A stretch of 64,000 nucleotides of DNA, taken from the NCBI GenBank assembly GCA_018652625.1, contig JABIBT010000021.1, positions 14,502 to 78,501 on the forward strand, given 5' to 3'. This DNA is from Candidatus Woesearchaeota archaeon (GTDB lineage: Archaea; Nanobdellota; Nanobdellia; SCGC-AAA011-G17; PNOQ01). The position numbers were made by a program, and so were the translations under genes. The notes under the pieces are model-generated. The model was not told where the DNA came from. It was given only the letters and a program-made list of their open reading frames with translations, and ran no database searches. Of the stretch, positions 60,140-64,000 are shown one piece after another; the first letter of the stretch is position 1; every line of letters starts with the position of its first letter.

Positions 60140-60220
60140 GCCGGGATCGCATAATCTGGTATTGCACCGGTCTCGAAAACCGGGCCTTCGGGCATCTGGG
60201 TTCAAATCCCAGTCCCGGCG
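60140..60220 (+). tRNA. tRNA-Ser(CGA), intron-less
   Basis: Acceptor GCCGGGA/TCCCGGC; anticodon arm CCGGT-CT-CGA-AA-ACCGG; variable arm hairpin; T arm CTGGG-TTCAAAT-CCCAG; CCA not encoded. Confidence 0.93.
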
Positions 60221-60222
60221 TT

Positions 60223-61101
60223 TTATACTGGACAGGTTCCTACAAAAGTAGCACAGTCAATGTTTTGTCCGTAATAAGAACCAAAGCATACTTGATCTAT
60301 TTCACCAATACAACAATCTTGGTTGAAATCTGCTTTCCAATATTGTTCAAAGTTTTCTGGAGAGGTTTCGTAACATAAAGCCATTCCCATGCCTAAATAC
60401 ATCATATCTTCGAAGTTAACTACTCCGTCTTCAATTCCTTCTGGTCCGGTCATATCTGGACAGAACGGTCTAGTGAATCCCCCACATAATGGTGGCTCTT
60501 CTGGTACTTCTATGCCCTCTTCAACTCCAGTTATTAATAAACCTTTTTTTGTGTGGCTTATTCCTTCAGCAGTTAAAGAATATTCAAAAACAAGTTCTCC
60601 CTTGAATTTACTTCCCTTTGTTTCACTAATTATGCAATTATCTGAGCTCCACCTTGAAGAAGCCCCATTGGAAAGAGCATTTGAACCAGAGCAACCCTCT
60701 GTACAGGTTAAGATACATAATGTTGCTTTAGTATCTGGATCTGCTAAACTAATTGATATGTCATTCAAATTTTGACCCTGCCCATTTAGTATATTTATTT
60801 CTACTTGTCCAGTTTCTGTGATTCTAAAATCTTCACAATCAATTCCAGGGACTATTGTACAGCTTGCTGGAATTATGTTAGCAGAATCTAAAACGCCAAA
60901 ATATGCTAGTGCTCCGATTGCAGCCATTACTACTAAAATTGCCCAACCGTAAGTCATCAAGAATTCCATAGAGGCTTGTCCGCCCCTTTTTACCTTTTCT
61001 TTTAACCTGTTTTTATATGCTATTTTTATGGCTTCCTTTGCCCATTTGGGTAAACCGTTATAAGTACGTCTTTTTATTCCATGGATTGTATTGGTAACCA
61101 C
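60223..61101 (-). CDS. Archaeal pilin-like protein with C-terminal dockerin-like domain
   Basis: KRGG|QASMEFLMTYGWAILVV..GALAYFGVL; C-terminal DGVVNFED...ADFNQDCCIGEID duplicated Ca-binding-like motif. Confidence 0.8.
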   Translation of the reverse strand: MVTNTIHGIKRRTYNGLPKWAKEAIKIAYKNRLKEKVKRGGQASMEFLMTYGWAILVVMAAIGALAYFGVLDSANIIPASCTIVPGIDCEDFRITETGQVEINILNGQGQNLNDISISLADPDTKATLCILTCTEGCSGSNALSNGASSRWSSDNCIISETKGSKFKGELVFEYSLTAEGISHTKKGLLITGVEEGIEVPEEPPLCGGFTRPFCPDMTGPEGIEDGVVNFEDMMYLGMGMALCYETSPENFEQYWKADFNQDCCIGEIDQVCFGSYYGQNIDCATFVGTCPV

Positions 61102-61179
61102 GTTTAATTCCTTGTATGTAAGATATATAAATGTTTATAATTTAGAAAACTATATAAACAAATTATCTAACGATGAATT

Positions 61180-61299
61180 ATGGCAATAGAACAACCATTA
61201 TATGCCCCGGCAAAGAATTTAACTTGGATAATTGTTAGCATTGTTGCAATTATTGTTATTTATGTTCTTTCTCAATATTTGAAAGTTAAAAAGAAATAA
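61180..61299 (+). CDS. Small single-TM protein (39 aa), absent from ORF track
   Basis: MAIEQPLYAPAKNLTWIIVSIVAIIVIYVLSQYLKVKKK*; TATATAAA about 21 nt upstream. Confidence 0.55.
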   Translation: MAIEQPLYAPAKNLTWIIVSIVAIIVIYVLSQYLKVKKK

Positions 61300-62877
61300 T
61301 TAGTCCTCTTTTTTAACTAAGGTTTCTATCATTGCAGCAAATGCTGGTCTTGTTATGAAAACACCTATTGAGATTCCAATTATTGTTATTAATGCGAATC
61401 CCCTTATTAGTCCTGCTCCTGCCCTGAATAAAGGTAACATTGCAGCGAAAGTTGTGAAGTAAGCTGCCATAATAATGAAGAATGCTTTCTTTAGTCTGTG
61501 TTTCCATGAAGAAGCAAAAGTATAAGATTTAGATAAAACTTCGTCTATGATTACGATTTGATCGTCTACTCCGGTACCCACTGCTGCGATTATTCCTGCA
61601 ATTGCTGCCATGTCTAAATTATATTTAATTAGTGCAGAGAATCCTAAAATTATGAAAACTTCTGAGAGAGATGCAATTATCATTGGAATTGCTATCTTGA
61701 AATTTCTGTATCTTATGAAAACAACTATTGCTACTGCTAATATGGATAATAGTCCTACTTTTATTGCATTATCTACAAAAGAACTTCCTAATGTTGGTGA
61801 GATTGTATCTAATTTTACTACTTCTAATTTGAATGGAAATGAACCAGTTAATAAAATTGTTTGCAATTTGTTCATCTGTTGTTGTGCATTCATTATTGCT
61901 TCTTGTCTAGTTTCTCCATATCCTGGTCCAGAGATCTGAATCTGTGTTGCTTCTAGTCCTTTTAGATCAATACCAATATTTAATGAGTCAACTAATGTTT
62001 CGTCTAGGTAAAAATCGATTTGTTTTTCTAAAATTTGATTTCCACCTTCTGTTGTTATGATTTCTAATTCTGAAGTTATTTCGGCGTGTCTTTTTGCAGC
62101 ATTTGGTGATAAGTGTATTACGAATTCAAATCTACAAAATTCTTGTCCAGTTTGTTGATCAGTGTTACAGTCTGAAACACCTGCACACGTTCCGTCATTT
62201 CTACATACAAAAGTTATGTCTTCTCTTCCGCCCCTAAAAGCAGTGTCATTTCCTATTCTTGCTTCGAAGTTTCCTTGAGATGCTATTAAATCAGAAACTT
62301 CTTGTTTTGTTGCTCCCGCTATCTCAACTAAAATATATTTATTTCCTAGTAAGTCGTCAGACTTTCTTATTTCAACATCAGATAGACCATATGTGTTTAA
62401 TCTGTATTCCATTACTTGAATTAATTCATCTCTTTGTGAGTCTGTTATTTGTGTTTCTGGTTTTAGTAGAACTCTAGTTCCTCCTTGTAAATCCAAACCC
62501 TTTCTTATATTATTTGATGGAACTTCTTGTACAATTAATCCTAACTCTTTTACAGTTTTTGTTAATGTATAAACCTGTTTGTCTGTTTTTATTATTACAT
62601 TTTCATTAAGTAAAATTTGAGAAGTTATATCTGAGTAACCTTCCAAGTTTAATACCTGTTCTCCGTTTATTTCTAAAATTCTTTCATAATTAGTTGGAGA
62701 AACTTCTCTTGAGGGTGCTTCAAAACCAGCTAAGTCTGCTACTGAATCTGGCTCTATTCCCTTTATTGCTACACCTTCTTTTGAAAATTGAGGACTTATT
62801 GAAGTAAAACTAACTAGTAGGAAAAATAGTAAAATCCATATTCTTGCTTTTCTGAATAATTTTCTAGCTTTGTTCAT
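61300..62877 (-). CDS. secD: Protein translocase subunit SecD
   Basis: GLDLQGGTR, RLNTYGL, ISPTLG, GTGVDDQIVI, RGFA. Confidence 0.93.
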   Translation of the reverse strand: MNKARKLFRKARIWILLFFLLVSFTSISPQFSKEGVAIKGIEPDSVADLAGFEAPSREVSPTNYERILEINGEQVLNLEGYSDITSQILLNENVIIKTDKQVYTLTKTVKELGLIVQEVPSNNIRKGLDLQGGTRVLLKPETQITDSQRDELIQVMEYRLNTYGLSDVEIRKSDDLLGNKYILVEIAGATKQEVSDLIASQGNFEARIGNDTAFRGGREDITFVCRNDGTCAGVSDCNTDQQTGQEFCRFEFVIHLSPNAAKRHAEITSELEIITTEGGNQILEKQIDFYLDETLVDSLNIGIDLKGLEATQIQISGPGYGETRQEAIMNAQQQMNKLQTILLTGSFPFKLEVVKLDTISPTLGSSFVDNAIKVGLLSILAVAIVVFIRYRNFKIAIPMIIASLSEVFIILGFSALIKYNLDMAAIAGIIAAVGTGVDDQIVIIDEVLSKSYTFASSWKHRLKKAFFIIMAAYFTTFAAMLPLFRAGAGLIRGFALITIIGISIGVFITRPAFAAMIETLVKKED

Positions 62878-63736
62878 TTTTTCTTTTTATGTACCATACT
62901 AATAATGAAGTATTCATGATCCAAGTTGATATTATGTCAACTACTAGTGCGATTAAAACAATTCCAAACATTTGTTTAATTACTAATGAATTTGTTATGA
63001 AAAAACCAACCGTTAGTGCTACAATGGTTGTGACCGTCATAGTAATTCCCGTTTTGAAAGAATTTTTTATTTTTTCTTCTAAGGTTCCTTCTTTCCTTTT
63101 TATTAATCTAGTTGTTAAGAGTACATCTGTATCTACTGAATAACCTATTACCATTAAGAAAGCGGCAATTCCCGCAGTAGATAATTTAATTTCGAATAAA
63201 CTTATTACAGCCAAGGTTACAACTAAGTCTAAAATTGCTGAAAGTATTACTGCCAAAGAAGGGACTAATTTTCTAAAAATTATGAAAATAACTATTGCCA
63301 TTAAAATTAATGCGAATATGATTGCTCCTATCATTTCTTTGAAAAAAGATTCACCTAATCCTGCACCCATTTCTTGAATAGATATTTCATTGTAAGGCAA
63401 GTTCTCTTCTAAGAAAAGTTTAAACTCTTGAGAAGTTGTTCCTGTTATGTCTATAATTATTCCTGTTTTTTCTTTTGAACCAAAAGTAGATAACTCTCTG
63501 ATTGAGATATCTGAGTCTGGAAAGTTTTCTTCTAATAGAAATCTTATTTCTTCTAAGTTGTATTCGTCTAAAGTTAGAGTTGCAGAGACCCCTCCTGATA
63601 GAGAGACATCCTTTTCTATTATATACCCTTTTGAGGAATATTGCATTCCTAAAATTGCTAAACTTATAATTAATAGTAATAAAGGAATTAATAATAATTT
63701 TTTATATTTATTAATTATTAAGTTTTCTAAATTCAT
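62864..63736 (-). CDS. secF: Protein translocase subunit SecF
   Basis: DVSLSGG, FRKLVPS, IGYSVDTDVLLT, DIISTWIMN. Confidence 0.92.
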   Translation of the reverse strand: MNLENLIINKYKKLLLIPLLLLIISLAILGMQYSSKGYIIEKDVSLSGGVSATLTLDEYNLEEIRFLLEENFPDSDISIRELSTFGSKEKTGIIIDITGTTSQEFKLFLEENLPYNEISIQEMGAGLGESFFKEMIGAIIFALILMAIVIFIIFRKLVPSLAVILSAILDLVVTLAVISLFEIKLSTAGIAAFLMVIGYSVDTDVLLTTRLIKRKEGTLEEKIKNSFKTGITMTVTTIVALTVGFFITNSLVIKQMFGIVLIALVVDIISTWIMNTSLLVWYIKRKNEQS

Positions 63737-63788
63737 GAATTTTTGAGAAGAGAGAGTATTTAAATAGTTTTTGTATTGTTTTCTTTTT

Positions 63789-64000
63789 ATGATTGAAGTT
63801 TTAAGATTAGGACATAGAATTTCTAGAGATAAAAGGATTAGTACCCATGTTGCTTTAGTTGCTAGAACTTTTGGTGCTTCTAGACTTTATTATACTGGAC
63901 AGAAAGATGGCGAGATGGAATCCTCTGTTTGTAAAATTGTTTCTAAATTTGGTGGAGACTTTTCTGTTGAACATGTTAAAGATTTTAAAAAGTTGTTTCT
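63789..64000 (+). CDS. trm56: tRNA (cytidine(56)-2'-O)-methyltransferase aTrm56, 3'-truncated by window edge
   Basis: MIEVLRLGHRISRDKRISTHVALVARTFGA...FGGDF; not in ORF track. Confidence 0.9.
   Translation, partial: MIEVLRLGHRISRDKRISTHVALVARTFGASRLYYTGQKDGEMESSVCKIVSKFGGDFSVEHVKDFKKLF

Noticed and set aside
9806..60220. Provirus or integrative element with tRNA attL/attR
   Set aside because: No integrase, viral or conjugation genes; both tRNAs are full-length with different anticodons; aglB and the RuBisCO pathway lie inside. Kept only as a weak recombination hypothesis.
1..64000. CRISPR array, rRNA, IS elements, stop-codon recoding
   Set aside because: No regularly spaced repeats, long GC-rich RNA genes or transposase motifs were seen; conserved genes are intact under the standard code.

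Overview
AT-rich, very compact archaeal chromosome segment, most consistent with a DPANN (Woesearchaeota/Pacearchaeota-like) organism. The taxonomy is inferred from aTrm56, AglB/STT3, a Methanococcales-type S-layer gene, class III signal-peptide proteins, form III-type RuBisCO with the AMP pathway, and TATA-driven leaderless genes. From left to right: (1) a window-truncated giant Cys-rich protein plus four pilin-like genes; (2) the S-layer gene; (3) a free-standing two-motif LAGLIDADG endonuclease whose ORF runs into a two-intron tRNA-Ser(TGA) and stops exactly on the anticodon; (4) a heavily N-glycosylated surface protein; (5) a clustered AMP/RuBisCO pathway with an embedded HAD phosphatase; (6) an approximately 42 kb surface-glycan region (PAPS synthesis, sulfotransferase, deacetylase, ADP-heptose, nonulosonic acid, GDP-perosamine-type sugar, flippase, many GTs, AglB, AsnB-type amidotransferase) containing a methyltransferase cassette between 30-bp direct repeats and a truncated GT2 scar; (7) an intron-less tRNA-Ser(CGA), a pilin-dockerin fusion, secD/secF and the start of trm56. 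No CRISPR array, rRNA, integrase or transposase was seen. All calls are from motif reading only; no database searches were run.
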